From an uncultured Elusimicrobiaceae bacterium (GTDB lineage Bacteria; Elusimicrobiota; Elusimicrobia; Elusimicrobiales; UBA9959): a stretch of DNA of 59,285 bases. Positions within the stretch are counted from its first letter, which is position 1; each line of letters opens with the position of its first letter. A model generated the notes under the pieces. It did not search any database and was not told the origin of the DNA. It saw only the letters and a program-made list of their open reading frames with translations. The position numbers and the translations under genes are program-made. The DNA is taken from NCBI GenBank assembly GCA_964622585.1, contig CAZUQT010000001.1, positions 1-59,285 on the forward strand, written 5' to 3'. Positions 30,401 through 45,400 of this stretch are shown here, piece after piece.

Positions 30401-33400
30401 ATCACGTAGTAGCAATAGGCCCTGAAGACCACGGCGGAGGTGTTGTAGGTCCAGGAGCTGGTCCCCGCGTCGTAGGTATTCGCTCCCTGCCAGCTCTCGC
30501 CCGGCTGCCAGTTGGAGCCGTTATAGTAATAACCGTTGATGCTGGTGTCGGTACAGGTGTTCTCCGGGGCCTGCGAGGGGTCCTGCTGTATGCGCACCTG
30601 CACGCTGGAAATGCCGGAAGTAAAGTCGAAGGCCGTTCCGACGACGCTGCTGACCACCAGGTAGAAGCCGTTCTCGGCCGGAGGAGAGACGATCTTCGAG
30701 ATCGGGAGCATCAGGTCCAGGGTGAAAGTGGACTGGTTCAGGCTGAAATCGGTATAGTTGCCGGCCCTGTCCTGCGCCTTGACCTTGATCACGAAGGTCG
30801 CGCTGGACCTGCCCACGGACCAGGATTTGGCGTCCGCGGTATTGTTGGGCAGCGAAGACGCCGCCACGGACCAGTTGGTGGCGGCCGTTATGGCGCCGGA
30901 GCTGTACGCGGTCTGCCAGACGGGCGGCACGGCGTTGAAGTTCCAGTATTGCTGCGGCTTCCTGTCGGTATCCGCGAGTTCCACCCAAATGGTCTTCAGG
31001 CCGCTCGGGATGCCGCCGCCCGCTACCGGGTCCGCGGCGGTGCCGCTGAGGGCGCCGAGCGTCTGCTGGTAGGTCAGGTGGCCCGGCTGCTGTATGAAAG
31101 CCGTAGGAGTGCTGAAGTCCATCAGGAAAGTCGAGGTGGCGTAAAGAACCTCGGTATTCGGACCACCGTTGTTGGGCTGCGTGGCGTCGCGGGCCTCGGA
31201 CTGTATCTCGAACCGGTAGCCGTCGGCGTTATTTACGCCGCCGGTACCGTAGAAAGTGACGCCCGGCAGCGTCCGGGTCCAGGGGGTAAGGGCGGCGTCC
31301 ACGTCCGCGAACTGCCAGTCGCTGGGGCCGCCGGCCCAGTTGCTGTTCAGCGTGCTGTAGTAATAGCGCGTACCGGCTGAGTCGAGGCGCGAGAAGCGCA
31401 CCCTCACCCTGGCCAGGTCCGAGGGCGTGCCGTTGCTGAAGTCGGAGGCCGTGCCGGACAGGAAAGTTATCGGGGCGTTAAGGTAAGCGCCGCTGGACGG
31501 GAAAGTGACCTTGGAAGTAGGCAGCACGGGGTCCAGAACGAAGGTGGCGTCGGGAGCGGCCGGGGCCAGGACCCCGGGCCGGGACTGGTTGCCGGCCAGG
31601 TCCTTCGCCCGTATGTAAAGCCTGAACTGGAAGGATGAACCGGGCGGCGGAGCCTTCAGGCTGTTGAACTCGGTGTTCAGGTTGGCGTCCGTCAGGTTCC
31701 AGGAACCGCCGTCGAAAGAAGTGGCGTTGCGCCAGTGCGTCGCCGGGTTCCAGACAGTGTCCCAGCTCGAGCCGTTCCAGTAGTCGCCGCCGACGCGCTG
31801 TATGACCAGCTGGATGCCGTCCACGGGGTTAAGGTTGCTGTAGCTCTCGAGCACCGTGCCGGAAATGACCGGCAGCGCGGTGTAGGCGAGGTTGCCCGGC
31901 ATGACGATAGTGGTGGTGGGCGCGGAGTTGTCGTAGCAGAAAGATCTCTCGACGTAAATTTCCTGGTTGAAAGAGCGGTCCGTGGCGCGCGCCCTCACCG
32001 TGTAGGTGCTGCCTTCCAGCAGGGGCGCGGCCGGCGGCCAGGTATCCGGCGCGCGCGGGTAGGACCACCTGACTCCCGACACTATGTTCGTGGTCAGCAC
32101 CGCGTCATAGTTCTGGACGGTGGGCGTGATCACGGCCCTGCGCCAGAACGAACCGGGGGTGAAAGCCGTGCCGTTGTAAGTGTCTCCGGAAGACTGCACG
32201 GCTATCTGCACCTCTACCCCGTCCACGGCGATACCGCTCAGGGCCTGGGTGGCGGCGTAAGTCACCCAGTCCGCGGCCGAGCCGGAGGAAACGGTTATCT
32301 GCGCGAGGTTGTGGAAAGCGGCCAGCGGTACAGCTATGGTGGTGGAGGGCTTGTTCACATCGTAGATGAATTCGCGCACATAAGTCCCGTCCGGAACCTG
32401 GTTGGCGGCGTAGTCGGCGGCTTTCATCTCGATCCTGAAGCGTTTGTTGTCCGGCCAGGCCGGTTCCGTGTAGGACCAGGGGGAGAGACTGTTGACGCCA
32501 AGCCAGGTGGAGGCTACTACCGTCCAGGCCGAGCCGTTCCACTTCGGCATGGTGGTGAAATCCCCGGACTGCGAGATATCCGCTATCTGGGCCCTGATAG
32601 GCGGAACTATGCCGGCGGGGCTGTCGAGCGAGCTGCCCAGCAGCTGGCCGGTGGTCCTGCCGGGGCCGTAGAAAGCGTTCACCCCGCCCATGGGCGTGGA
32701 AACCGTGATGACCGGGTAGTTGAAGTCGGAAGTTACGGTTATGGGCGCCGGCGTCTCCGCGTTTCCGGCTTTGTCCAGGCCGGCTACGGAGATAGTGTAG
32801 ACATGGTTGTCGATGGTGATAGTGGGCGGGTCCCAGGTGGCCGGCGGATAGCTCCAGGTTATGGTGGAAGCGGAAGAAGTATAATCCACCGGCAGTTCCA
32901 GCACCGTACCGGAGCTCCAGCCCTGCGCGATATGGCCGCTCCAGTACCAGGTGTCAGCGCCCACCACATTGGTGATCTTCAGCTTGAGACCGGAGGCGGC
33001 CGCAAGTCCCGACAGGCCGCCGTAGCAGGTTCCTGAGATAACCGGCAGGGTCCCTTGTATGAAGCTGCCGTCCGTGGGGGTGGAGACGCGCGAGACCGGC
33101 GGCGTACCGTCCACGATGAAGTGCAGCAGCGTCCACGGGTTCTGTTCGTTGCCTCCGGGTTCGGCAAGATCGAAAGCGCGCACCCGCAGGGTATAGGGCC
33201 TGTCCGAGATCCATTTGCCGAAACCGCCGGTGACGCCGTCGAACGGATAACGCCAGGTAGTGGTACCTATGACTTCTTTCCAGGCCCCGTCGAAAGTCAC
33301 GGTCCAGGAACTGAAAGCCGCGCCGGTCCAATAATAGGTGTCGTTCCCTTCCAGGTAACTCAGGTTTATGAGCGGGGTGCTCACCTTAACCCCGACGAAA

Positions 33401-36400
33401 GGCAGGGCGGCGTCGGTGGCCGTACCGTTTATAGGATTGATCCCGCTGAGCACGGACGGCTTATAGTTCCCCCCGTCGACAGGCTGTATCATGAAGGTCT
33501 GCGGCGGCGTGGTGTCCCAGATAAAGGTTATGGAGGAGATGCCGGCGGTGAACCCGGGCTGGGCGTTGGAGGCCCTGTCCACCGCGCGGGATTGGATTAT
33601 ATACGGCCTGCCGGACACCATCGCGGCGGGCAGAGAGCCGTGCGAATAGCTCCATACGCCCAGCCCGGAGACCACGTTGAAACTGGAGCTCACGGAGGAG
33701 AAAGCCCCGGCCCCGTTATGCCAGTATTCGGGCACACCGGTCTCGTTATAGATCTGCAGTTCCACGCGCTGCAGGTCCGCCTTCAGGTTGGGCGGGTTGG
33801 CGCCGGTCGGGTCGAATGCCGTGCCGGTTATGGACGTCAGTTGCCGCAGCACCGCAAGCGGAGCGGGATAAGTGAAACCGGAACTGGGGGGCGAGGTATC
33901 GTAGATCACACTGTAGGACGGCATTTTCGTTTCATCGTTCTCGTAATTCCCGGCCTTATCTTCCGGCTTGACATAAACGGTGTAGCGGTTTCCATCCAGC
34001 ATCTTCGGAGTCACCAGCGTGGCGGTGCTCCAATCCCCGATGCTCCAGTCCGCCGGAGAGGCCGCCAGTATGCTGCTGGAGGACAGGAGGCTGTCGAAAG
34101 TTAGGCCGTTCCAGTACCGGCCCTGGAAGTCCTTTACATAAACGAACACCCGGTTCATACCCTCCCGGTTGGCATCAGGGAGTTCGGAGCGGCCGGGGTC
34201 GAAAGCCGTGCCTTTTATTGAGGTCATGGAGTTCACGTAAAGCTGGCCAGGAACCTTCACGCCGCTCAAAGGCTTGGTATTATCGACTATGACGCTGCGG
34301 TTGGTGGGCGGTATCTCCTGCTCATTGCCGGAGTTAAAGCCGACAGTGGTGAAGGTATAGGAGGCATTGTCCACCGTGAAGGCCTTGGACGCGGTAAAAC
34401 CCATCGCCCAGCCCCCCGCTCCCCCGAGCACATTGATATAGGTATAGGTATCCGTGTCCATCCAGTAGCCGCCGTCGGGTTCGTACCAGTAGGAGGCGGG
34501 TTCTTTGAGACGTTTCAGGTGTATCTGTATGCTGTTGGGGGAAAGCGCGTTGAAGCGCAGGTTGGAGCCGATGCCTATAAGAGAGTTGAGGGCCGAACTC
34601 TGGTAGTTCCCCATTTCATTGGCCGGAGTGGTTATATTGGTATCGGCTGCCGGCGTCACGAAATTAAAAGTGATGTCATAGGCGCTTGCGCCGGGGAGCG
34701 TGCGCTCGTTCCCGGCCTTGTCCAGGGCCAGCGTCTGCAGTTCATAGGTTCCGCCGTTGTACCAGCTCAGCGCCGAGGTGTCCCAGCTCCAGGTCCCGGG
34801 CTGGCCTTTCGGATCGCTAATAGTACCGGTGGAGAACCAGAGGCGGTCGAGAGGGTAGATCCCGGCGGGGCAGGACGGCCAGGAATTTGTGGCGTTGTCA
34901 TAGCAGGCCTGCGGAGCGCTTACCCTTTTCAAGGCTATTTTAACCACCCCGGAGTTCTTCAGTTCTCCGGGCGCGGGGTCGCTGGCGGTACCGGAAACAA
35001 GGTTTATCGCGGAGAGCGAAGAATTGTTAGCGGGCACGATGGCTCTCGAATCCGGAGGCGTGGCGTCTCCGGCGAAATAGTTGGTGGTATACGTCACCTG
35101 CATATTGCCCACTATGTCGGTGGTCCTGCTTATGGCGTAATAGGTCGTGTTGTTCGTTATGGCCCCGGTAATATCGTAAACCCAGGTTCCGGAGGAAACG
35201 CCGGAGAAGGACGCCGTATGCCACTTCTGCCCCGGGGTGAAGGAGTTGACGCCGTCCCACCAGTTATTATCGGTAAGGCGCTGCAGCGCTACCTGCACCC
35301 CGCCGGCCGCTATGCCCGACTCATAGTTGCGCGGGGCCGGCCAGCCGAGCAGGTTTTCCACAGAGTCGTCGGCCGTACCGCTTATCACCGACACGCCCCC
35401 CTGGATGAAAGAGTTATGGGCCGGAGAAGTCACTTTCGAAGCCGGCGGCGTAGTATCCAGCAGGAAAGTGAAGGTGGAGAAATAGGCCAGATTTGAATTG
35501 TTCTTAGCCTGGTCTATGGCATTGCTGTAAACGCTGTATTCATACCCGTTGTCCTGCGAGGCGGGAGGCACGGTCATAGACCAGGGGCTGCTGAAACCGG
35601 CGAGGAAATAATCGCTCACGGTCGCGGTCCAGTTGTTATTTATGAAATGCCAGTAGGCGTTGTCGGAGCGGCGCATGCGCAAGCGCACCTCGCTTACGCC
35701 GCTGGGCTCAATGCCGCCTTCGAAGGCCGTTCCGGCTACGAGGCCGGTGCCCACCGCGATGGCGTAGCGGTCGGGCGCTATTACGCCGGTCACAGGCAAA
35801 AGAGTGTCGTACGTAAAATAAAGGGCGGGTGAATTATCCGCGTTCAGGTCCCCGTCTATCTGGGCGCCGCTGGGAGTGGCCTGCCAGTTCCCGGCCTTGT
35901 CATAGCCGCGCGCCCAGACCGAGATCTTGTAATTATTGACGGGTGAAAGCGGTGGCATGGCCAGGAACCAGGCGCCATTGGCATAAGTAGCGGTGCTCCA
36001 ATGCGTATATTTGGTGCCGGCATTATCCCAGTCGCCGTTGGTTCCGCTGGTCCCCCCGTTCCAGGTGGCGTTCCAGGAACCGCGCGCTTTCACCATCACC
36101 TGCACCCCGGAGATCACCCCGGTGTCGGTCACCACTCCGTAAATGAACGGCACGCTGTTCTGCGCCGTGAGATTCGCCGGCGCGGTAGTCACGGCCACGG
36201 GCGCTTCATTATCGAACTGCACTATCCTGCCGGCCTGAGCCGGAATGTCGGCGTTCAGGGGCGACGGGGAAGCCTGGCCGAATTCCCTGTTGAGGGCCGT
36301 GTCGTAGGCGTAGGTTACCACGCGATAGTCCCGGCGCTTGTTCGTAGCTATGGCCGACTTTAAGTTGACGGGGAAATTATAAGTCCAAGTGACGGTGGCC

Positions 36401-39400
36401 ATCCCCAGCGTATACGGCGACGTATCCACGGAAGTCTCGAACCATACGGGCTCGGACTGGTCAAAAGCGGAACCTCCCCACCAGCTGCCTCCCACCAGGC
36501 GTATCCCGGCCTTCACGGTATAAGTGCCCAGGCGCGCCTCCCAGGCCCTCGGACCCAGCCTTTCGTCGTTCGCCTCGCCGGAAACGGAGGTGAACGTATT
36601 CACGAACTCGGCAGAGGGAGAGAGCACTGTGGAAGTGGGCGTTTCCAGGTCGAACCTGGTTTCCACGCTCGCCACCGTGGAATCATTGCCGGCCAGGTCG
36701 GTGGTCTTCGCCTCGTACCTGTAGCGGTGGTCGCTGATAAAGACGAGATTAGGGCTGTTATAAGTCCAGGCTGCCGGCGTCCCACGCGCCGGCAGCCAGA
36801 CCGGGCATCCCGCGAAACCGGCGCCGGTAAAACACTGCGCGGTTTCTATGTCCGTTATTTTCACGGCGGCCGTGCTGGCCCCGGTATTGGGAGAGAACTG
36901 GGTGCTGGTGCCTGTCCCGGCCAGCGGGGTTGAAACTAAGATCTGGGAATAAGTGGCGCCGTTGAGCGGGAAATCCAGGGAGACCAGCGGGCCGGTAATG
37001 TCATACGTCACTGTATTAGTGGAGTATACCGAGGAGTAATTGCCGGCATAATCCAGCGCGCGCGCCACAGTGGTGTATTCGGCGTCGTCGCGCAGCATGG
37101 AGGCGGGCACGGTGTAATACCAGGAAGTCGCGCCGAGCGGGGCGACGTTTATCCAGGTATTTGCGGCGGAGGTCCAGGCGGAACCGTCCCAGTAGCGCTG
37201 GGCGGCGCCGGCGCCGGTAGAGATGTTGAGCTCGACCCTGCTGAAGCCGGCCATATCGGCCGCGGCCGTACCGCCTATACCAGGCAGGGTGCGCACGGCG
37301 CTTACCGCGGGGGTGGTGATAAGGACGGAGGGCGGGGTGTCGTCCACTATGAAGTACCTGACATTGACGCCGCGCGTCTGCGGGTCTTCCTGGTTGCCCC
37401 CCCCGCTGTCCTGGGCCTGCTGGGAATCGTCGGTGGCCCGGCTCTCGAGTTTATACTCCAGGTCCCCGAGCCCCGCTTTCCAGATTATATCGGGATCGTA
37501 GCTCCAGGGATAATTCGGCGGGCTCGCGCTTATGGACGTTATTTTCCAGGAGTTCGCGAGCGCCACCGTACCGGAGCTGAAGCCCGGCGACTGCCAGTAC
37601 CAGGTGTCGTTCCCGGAAAGATAGGAGAGCCTGATATCCACCTGCGCCACGGTGGAATTATTCACGGAATAATGAGTGTCGTTTGACGTGCCGATAAAGA
37701 GGCTCCCCGTGCCGGTCTTGCCGATATTGGCGGACTTGTACCTGCCGCTGAAGCCGTTCCCGTCGTCCAGCGGCGTAGTGATGGAGGAGTACGGCGGCCA
37801 TTTGTCGATGTGGATGACGACGGAGGAGACGCCCGCCTGGAAAGTGTCCTGCTCGTTGCCGGCGATATCGAGCGCCTTGGCGAGTATGAGATAGCTCAGG
37901 CCGGAAGGTTCGGCCGTGAAGGCTCCGTCCAGGGTAACAGGGGCGGTGGACCAGGCGGCTCCGTCCGGGGAGAGCACGCCAAGCGTCTTCATGGAGAGCC
38001 AGACCGGATTCACGCCGCCGATCCCGAAACTCGTGCCGTCGAACCACTTCGGCGAGACGCCCAGCTGCCTCATGGCCAGGTAAACCTCGGCGTTGCCGTA
38101 ATTGTCCGTGACGGTACCCGAGGCCATGCTTATCTGGCGTATACCGCTGTTGTTCAGGTCCCGCGGCAGCTTCAGGACCGCGGTCGGGGAGCTCCTGTCT
38201 ATAGTGAACTGGAATGGGATCGCGGAACCCGGGTTGCCGGCCTTGTCGGTGGCGACCAGTTCCACTATGTAGGAATGATCCGGCTCGAAGGCCGCCCCGG
38301 CCAGGAAATACGAGGTGGTGTAGTCGACGGTGCCGGTCTTCAGCGTTCCGTTCCAGACCAGCGTGGCCGGCAGGTAGGTGTCGTCGCCGGGCGCGCCGGA
38401 AATGGTAAAAGTGGACGCCGTCCAGTTCCAGTATTTCGCCTCGAGCTCGCGCTTCACGCGGAAATAGGCCGACACCACGTCGCCGGCGCCCGTGTCCGAG
38501 ACCGTCCCGGCCAGCGCCGTCAGGGAACCGCGGTAAGCTTTGTCGGGGTTGGTTATTACCGCGAAGGGAGCCGTCGGGTCCATCACGAATTCCCTGCCCG
38601 CGCCCGCGCTTTCTACCAGGCCGTTGGTATGCTCGGCCCTTGAAACCACGCGGTACTTGTGGTTAGCGGTCCAGGAACTGGTTCCGATGCTCCACTGCCA
38701 GCCGGGATTCGGGAAGCTGTCCACGCCCAGGTAGCCGGGGTTCAGGGCCCAGGCCGAGTTGGTGGAAACCCAGAGATGGCCGTCCCAGACCTTGTCGTCA
38801 TTGCCGGTGCCCTGGGTAAGGTCGCCGCCGTAGTCCGTTATCCTCAGCGCCACGGTGGTGGCGTAAACGGCCGTACCGATTATAGTCAGCGGAGAGGCGT
38901 TCTTATAATGCGGGTACGTGTCCGGCGGCGTGGAAAGATAAGAGGCCGGCGGCGGCGGGAACAGCCTGAACTGTATCAGGGAGGAGGGGTTAGGGCCGGC
39001 CGCGCCCGGTTTGACGACCTCGTTATTGGCCATGTCGACGGCCTTGGCGAAGATCTGGTACTGCACGCCGGCCTGCACGGTATACCAGGTGGGCGTCGAG
39101 GCCCCGGTGGCCTGCCAGGCGTTGCCGGTAACGACAGCGTCGTAGAAAATTTCGGTGTTGGAGTTCCAACTGCTGACGGAGACGTCCCAATACTTATTGG
39201 CGTAAGGATTGTCCATGCAGCGGTAAGAGACCTGGACCTTTTTAAGCTGTCCGGGGGCGATATCCGAAGCCGTGCCGGTTATAGAGGTAAGCTCGGCGTG
39301 CACGTCCAGGCCGTGCGTAGGGTAGGTGACGGTGGAAAGCGGGTTGGTGAAGTCGGCCTTGATCAGCGTGGCGGTGGAATAGACCAGCTGGCGGTTGGTG

Positions 39401-42400
39401 GCCTTGTCCACGGCCCAGGCGTTGATCTCGTATTCCTCGCCGCTGGCCCACGGGACCGCGTTCAGCTGCCACCAGGTGGCGCCGGAACTCAGCGTGCCCT
39501 GCGTCCTGGCATTGTTCTCTACGGCGGCGTCGGCCCAGGAAGAGCCGGCCACGCTCCAGTACTTATTCTGATCGACCGTGCCCACGGTCTTTTTGATGCG
39601 GATGAGCAGGTCGCTGACCATGCCATTCGGCGTGTCATAGGAGTCTCCGGTAACTTTGCCGGTCTGGCTTATATAGCCGGCGTCGACCGGGTAGGTGATA
39701 GCCGCGGTCGGGCGCGACACGTCGTAGACAAAACTGGACTTTATCTTCATGCCCTCCTGGTTCAGGGCCGCGTCGCGGGCGTCGGTCCAGATGTTGAATA
39801 CCACGCCGTCGTTACCGGTGAAGATATTGGGGTTAACGGGAGAAAAGGTCCAGTTGGCGAACGGCCCGGAGGCGCCGAACGGAGTGGCGGCGGCCCAGGC
39901 AGCTCCGTTCCAGTAATTCATGTCGGTCTGGCGCTGGAAATACACCGGGATCTGGTTAACGCCTGAAGCGCTTGGATCTACGCTGGTCCCGGTGATAGCC
40001 GCGGGGATATAGTTAAGATACAGGCCGTTGGAGGGGAAGGTTACTGACGACATGGGGACCTCGGTGTCATAAAGGAAGGTGGCGGTAGAGTAGGTCGTAT
40101 CCCAGTTCCCGGCTATATCCTTCGACTTCGCGCGCACCCTGTAAGTGAAGGCGGTGGCCCAGCTGGAGACCTGTATGTTATAGCTCCAGGTGGAGGAAGT
40201 CGTCCAAATGGTGGACGCGACAGGCAGCCATGGCGCATTGCCCTCGGACTGAAGCGTCCCGGACCAGGCCCCGGGGAGTGAAGGATCGTAATAGCGCTGG
40301 GTATCGGTCAAAAACACGGTTATCCTGTTCTCGGCGATCTTAAGGTTGTCGTCGGAAGTTCCGGTTATGGTCGCCATACCGACACTATTATGCGCGGGGG
40401 CGTTCGGCATGGTTATGGCGGTGACCGGTTTCTGATTATCGTAAGACACTACGATCCCGACCCCGGACGGGATATCGGCGCCAAGAGGCTGGCCGCCGCC
40501 GGGACCGTATTCCGGGTTAAGAGCCAGGTCATAGGACCACGGGACTATGCGGTAGGAAGCGTTCTGGTTGTCCGTGCGGTTGAGGTATGTCTGAAGCGCG
40601 GACGGCAGCGCATAGGAGAATTTGCCCGCGTTCACTCCTTCGGTGGTGAGATTGACCTCGAACCAGACCGGGGCGGTATTGCCGCTGTTGCAGTTGGCGC
40701 CGTTCCACCAGCCGGTACCCAGGCCGGCATTCTGTTTTATGGCCACTTTCACGGTGTATGTGCCCAGGTCCGCCCTGTAAGTATCGGTACCGTCGGCCGC
40801 CGTGCCCGATAAATATGTAAAGCCGGTGGTAAAGCCCGCCAGCGGGTAAGTGACGGTGGAGGTGGGTTTGCTTATATCGTAGTTTATCGCCACCACGGCT
40901 TCCGATGAAGAGTTGCCCGCATAGTCCAGAGCTTTCGCCCTTATCTGGTACTGCTCATTATTCGTGAAAGCCAGGTCGGGGTCATTGTAGCTCCAGTTGT
41001 TCACGGTTCCCTGCGCCGGGAGCCATTGCACCGAAGCGACGAATGCCGTGCCGTCGAAATATCTCGTTCCGGACGAGATCTGCACCCTGACCTCGCTTAC
41101 CTGGGAATAGGGGTCGACCTGGTCGGCCTGGTTGGAGGAACCGGTTATGGCGGTGGACAGTTTAATCTGCGAATAAGCGGCGCCGTTCAAAGGGTACGAG
41201 ATCGAGACATACGGGGGCACCGCGTCGAACGTAAAGACATAGGTAGAGTAGAGCGTGGAATAGTTGCCCGCGTAATCCTTCGCGCGTGCGTCGGCGGTAT
41301 AAACCTTGTCGCTGGCCAGGATAGCGCCTGGGATAGTGTAATACCAGGAGGTCTCCCCCTGCCTGGTGGTCGTTATCCAGGTATCGGCGACGGCGGTCCA
41401 GACGGCGCCCGTCCAGTATCTTGTATTGCCGCCCGCCCCGGTGGAGATCCTTATTTCGGTCAGTTCATGCCCGGCCTTATCGGCGTTGGCCGTGCCGTAA
41501 ATGGTGAAAGCCGTCCTGTGCGCGAGAGCCGTGGGAGAAGTTATCAGCACCGAAGGCGGCGTAGTGTCTATGATAACGTCCACCGGCGTTCCGAAAGAGC
41601 CCTGGTTCTGGGGCACGGCATTGTCCATGCCGCGGACCTTGAGCATATATTTCTGGTCCGAAACCATGTTTACCGCCGCCAGCGTATAGTCCCAGATAGG
41701 CGGGGTGAAGGCGGCGGGCTGGAACTCGGAAGGCGTGGTGGACCAAGCGCCGCCGGTCCAATAATAGGTGGTCTGCCCCTCCAGCCTGCCTATTTGCACC
41801 TTCACATTGCCGACGCCGCTGACGCCGCCCGGAGTGTCGGTAACGCTGCCGGAGATGGTCCACGCGCCGGCCGGGTTCACCCTGCCGTTACCGTCGGGGT
41901 CCTCATAGCCCGTCACGACCGCCGCCGGCGGATCCGCGTCCCAGATAATAGTAAATGAGGACGCGTCCAGCGTAAAGATCTGCTGGGTATTGCCCTGCGG
42001 CAGCGAAGTGTCCCTCGCCCTGGAGCGCACTATGTATGTGCACCCTTGTGAAAAGAAACCTGAAGGCGGCATAACATAATGGGTCCAGGAAGAAACGGCT
42101 ACTCCGGGAACGTGGATAGTCGAGGTACCCCAGTAGATAGAAGAATCCTCGTTTGAATCCGAGGCGTCCCAGTTGCGGATAGTCCAGTTCCAGTACCTTA
42201 GTGGGTAATCGTTCACACCCACGGTCTGGGCCGGCATCTTGATATGGACCAGCACTTTGTCCAGCTTGCCTGTGCCGCCGCCTGCCCCGGCTATATCCCA
42301 GGCCGTGCCCGAGACGGAATCCAGGGAGGACCTGACCTGGCCGCTAAGGGCCACTGCGGTCGAGTTCACGGCGACAAAATTGGTAAGCCGCGCCACGGGC

Positions 42401-45400
42401 GTGCTCCGGTCCACCAGGAAATCCACGGCCGCGCCGATCTGCGCATTCGCGGCCAGGTCCGTAGCTTTGGAGGTTATCCTGTAGCTTGCGCCGTCCGTCC
42501 AGACGGGCAGGCCCGTGCCCAACGACCAGCTGCCCGCCGTCAAAGTGGTGGTGGCCCAGACTATGCTGTCCTGCCAGGCCATGGTCACGGGGTTCCAGTA
42601 AGTGGCCGGCTGGGTCAGGTCCTGAATGGTTATCTCGTTCTTCTGCACCAGGCCGGGAGCCGTGTCGGAAGCGCTGCCGGAAATCTGGCCCAGGGTCTGA
42701 TAAATAGCCGGGGCGGGCGCCGAAACGACCGTGTTCGGGAGCGAGATATCATAAGTGACCGTATTCCCGATCAGGTCTATGACCTGCTCTTCGCCCGCCG
42801 GCCCGATGCCTTTGGAAAGGAAATAATACGAAGTATTATCCGTCCAGGCCGAGGTGGAGATATTATCCGTCCAATCCCAGAACAGGCTGGCATCGCCCAG
42901 GATACTGACATTGCTGGTGTTAAGATATGCCCGCGGCGCCGCTTGCAGGGAGCCGGGCGCCGAGAAAGAGCTGCCGTACCAGTAATAGCCGTCGCTTTTC
43001 CTTTCCGCCGAGATCTTTACGCTGGCGATATTGGAATAGGTGAATTTAGAGGCGCCGCCGGAAATCGACTGCGGTTTGGTCTTCACATAACTGTTATTCA
43101 CCGGGGCGTTGATCCAGGTGGCGGGGAAAGGCGCGCTGTAATTGAAATTCTTACGCCAGATCGTCGCCTCCGTATTGTCGGCCTTGTCGCTGGCATAGGC
43201 TCTTACGGAATACCAGGCATTGTTATACTGCCAAAGCGTGTCCGGCACATTGTAAGACCAGTTCGCGCCCGCCAGGGTGACGGAAGAAACCGGCAGCCAG
43301 GTAGTATTGTTGTTCTGCCAGCTGGTTCCGTTGAAAGACCAGGTGATGGCGCCGTTCTGGCCGCTGGGGGTATAACCGAACTGCAGGTGGATCTTGCTGA
43401 CTTCTCCGGGCGCAGCGTCGCCGGCCGTGCCGGTCACCTGCGGCAGGGGGATTTCGCCGTAGGTCAGGCCTTCGCCCGGCAGCGTGATAGTGGAATAAGG
43501 GGCCGTGAAATCCGCCTTTATGTTGGTGGCGGTGGAGAAGACCAGCTCGGTATTTCCGGCCTTGTCCACGGCATAGGAGTTGATCTCGTAGATTTCCCCG
43601 GTCTGCCAGGGGGTGGTGTTCAGCTGCCACCAGGTGGCGGCGGAGCTCAGCGTGCCGTAGCTGACGGCGCTGTTCCAGACTTCGGGAGCGCTCTGTACGG
43701 TCCAGCTTGAATCCGCCACACGCCAGTAATGGCCGGCTTTCGGCCCGGTCAGCTGTTTTATCCTCAGCTTGACGTCGCCGGTCTTGCCGTACGGGATATC
43801 GTAGGAGCCGCCCTCTATCCTGCCGGTCTGGCTTATATAGCCGTTATTATACGGGTAGACTATAGAACTGGTGGGCTTTGTTATGTCGTAAACGAAAGTG
43901 GACTTGACGGCCAGGGTCTCGGTATTGCCCGCCAGATCCTTGGCCCGGGTTTCAATGGTATACCTTTCGCCATCTATATAGGCGGCATCCGCCGTCAACC
44001 CTGCTCCCCTGTTCCAGTTCGCATAAGGCGGGACGACGGCAAAGGGGTTAGGCGCGACCTGCCAGGAATTAACGCCGTCCCAGTAGTCGCCGTTGGATTT
44101 TCTGAAATAGAAATTAACCTCGTTGACTCCGGCAAAGGCGTCGAAACTTGTGCCGAGTATGGTGATCGGCTTAGCCGACAGGTTCAGGTACGAACCGTCC
44201 GCGGGATAAGTAACGGTGGAAACCGGAATCTCCGTGTCGAACTGGAAGGTCGCGGTAGCGTAGGCTATATCCCAGTTCCCCGCCTTGTCCATGGAGCGGG
44301 TCCTCACCCTGAAATGCGCGCCGCTGGTCCAGGTGGAATCCTGTACGGCATAAGACCAGGTGGCGGAGGTGGTCCAGATGCTGGTTTGCGGCGCCACCCA
44401 GGGCGCGTCATTGTCGGAAAGACAGCCCACCGTCTTCCAGGGCGGGTCCAGCGCCGGGTCGTAACATTTGTTCTGGTCGTAGTTGAAGATACTGAAATAG
44501 ACGGCGCCGATGCCTGTATTATCGCCGGCCTCGCCGCTCAGGCCGGTCAGGGTCCTGTAAGCCGGCAGCACCGGCGCCAGCAGCAGGCTGACGGGGCGCT
44601 GATTAAGGAAGTCCCTGGTAGAATAGACCACGGAATAATTGCCGGCGTAATCCAGCGCCCTGGCGCTCACGGTATAGGTGGCCTTTTCCACCAGCAGGGA
44701 CGGCGCAATGGTGTAGTACCAGGAGGTCGGCCCCAGTTTAATGGAATCGTTCCAGGTTTCGGGCGCGGCCACCCAGAGCGAGGAACCGGAATCCCAGTAC
44801 CTGATGGCGGCGCCGGTACCGGTGGAGATCCTCACCTGCGTTTTGTTCAAACCGGAAAGAGCGGCGTCGGCCGTTCCGTAGATGGCGGTGGCGGAGTTAA
44901 GCGACAGTTCCGTGGGCGTGGTAATAGCCACCAGCGGCGGCGTATTATCCACTATAAAGGTTTTGGTGGTATAAGCGGTCTCCCAGTTCCCTTCCCCGGT
45001 ATCGTCCGAAAGCCTGGCGTCGTCCATTACGCGCGCCTGCATTTTATATTCCATGTCCGCGCCCGGCCATACGATGTCGGTAAGGTAGTCCCAGTTCCAG
45101 GTCGGAGCGGAGCCGGAGAGGTTGGCGCCCTGCCAGGCGGTGTTCTCTGTTACGGTCCAGGAACTGAAAGCCGCGCCGGTCCAGTAATAGGTGTCGCCTC
45201 CCGACAGGTAGGATAAACGCACCTGCGCGAGGTTGACGCCGGAACTGGTGGAAGCCGGCAGGTCATAGGCCGTCCCTTTAAAATGCGTGGAGTTGCCGGT
45301 CTGGCCCGCAAGCCCCGGCTTGTACCTGCCGCTCACGCCGTCCGCGTCGTCGACCGGCATGATCGTCGCCGAAACCGGCTTGTCCTTGTCCAGCCGTATC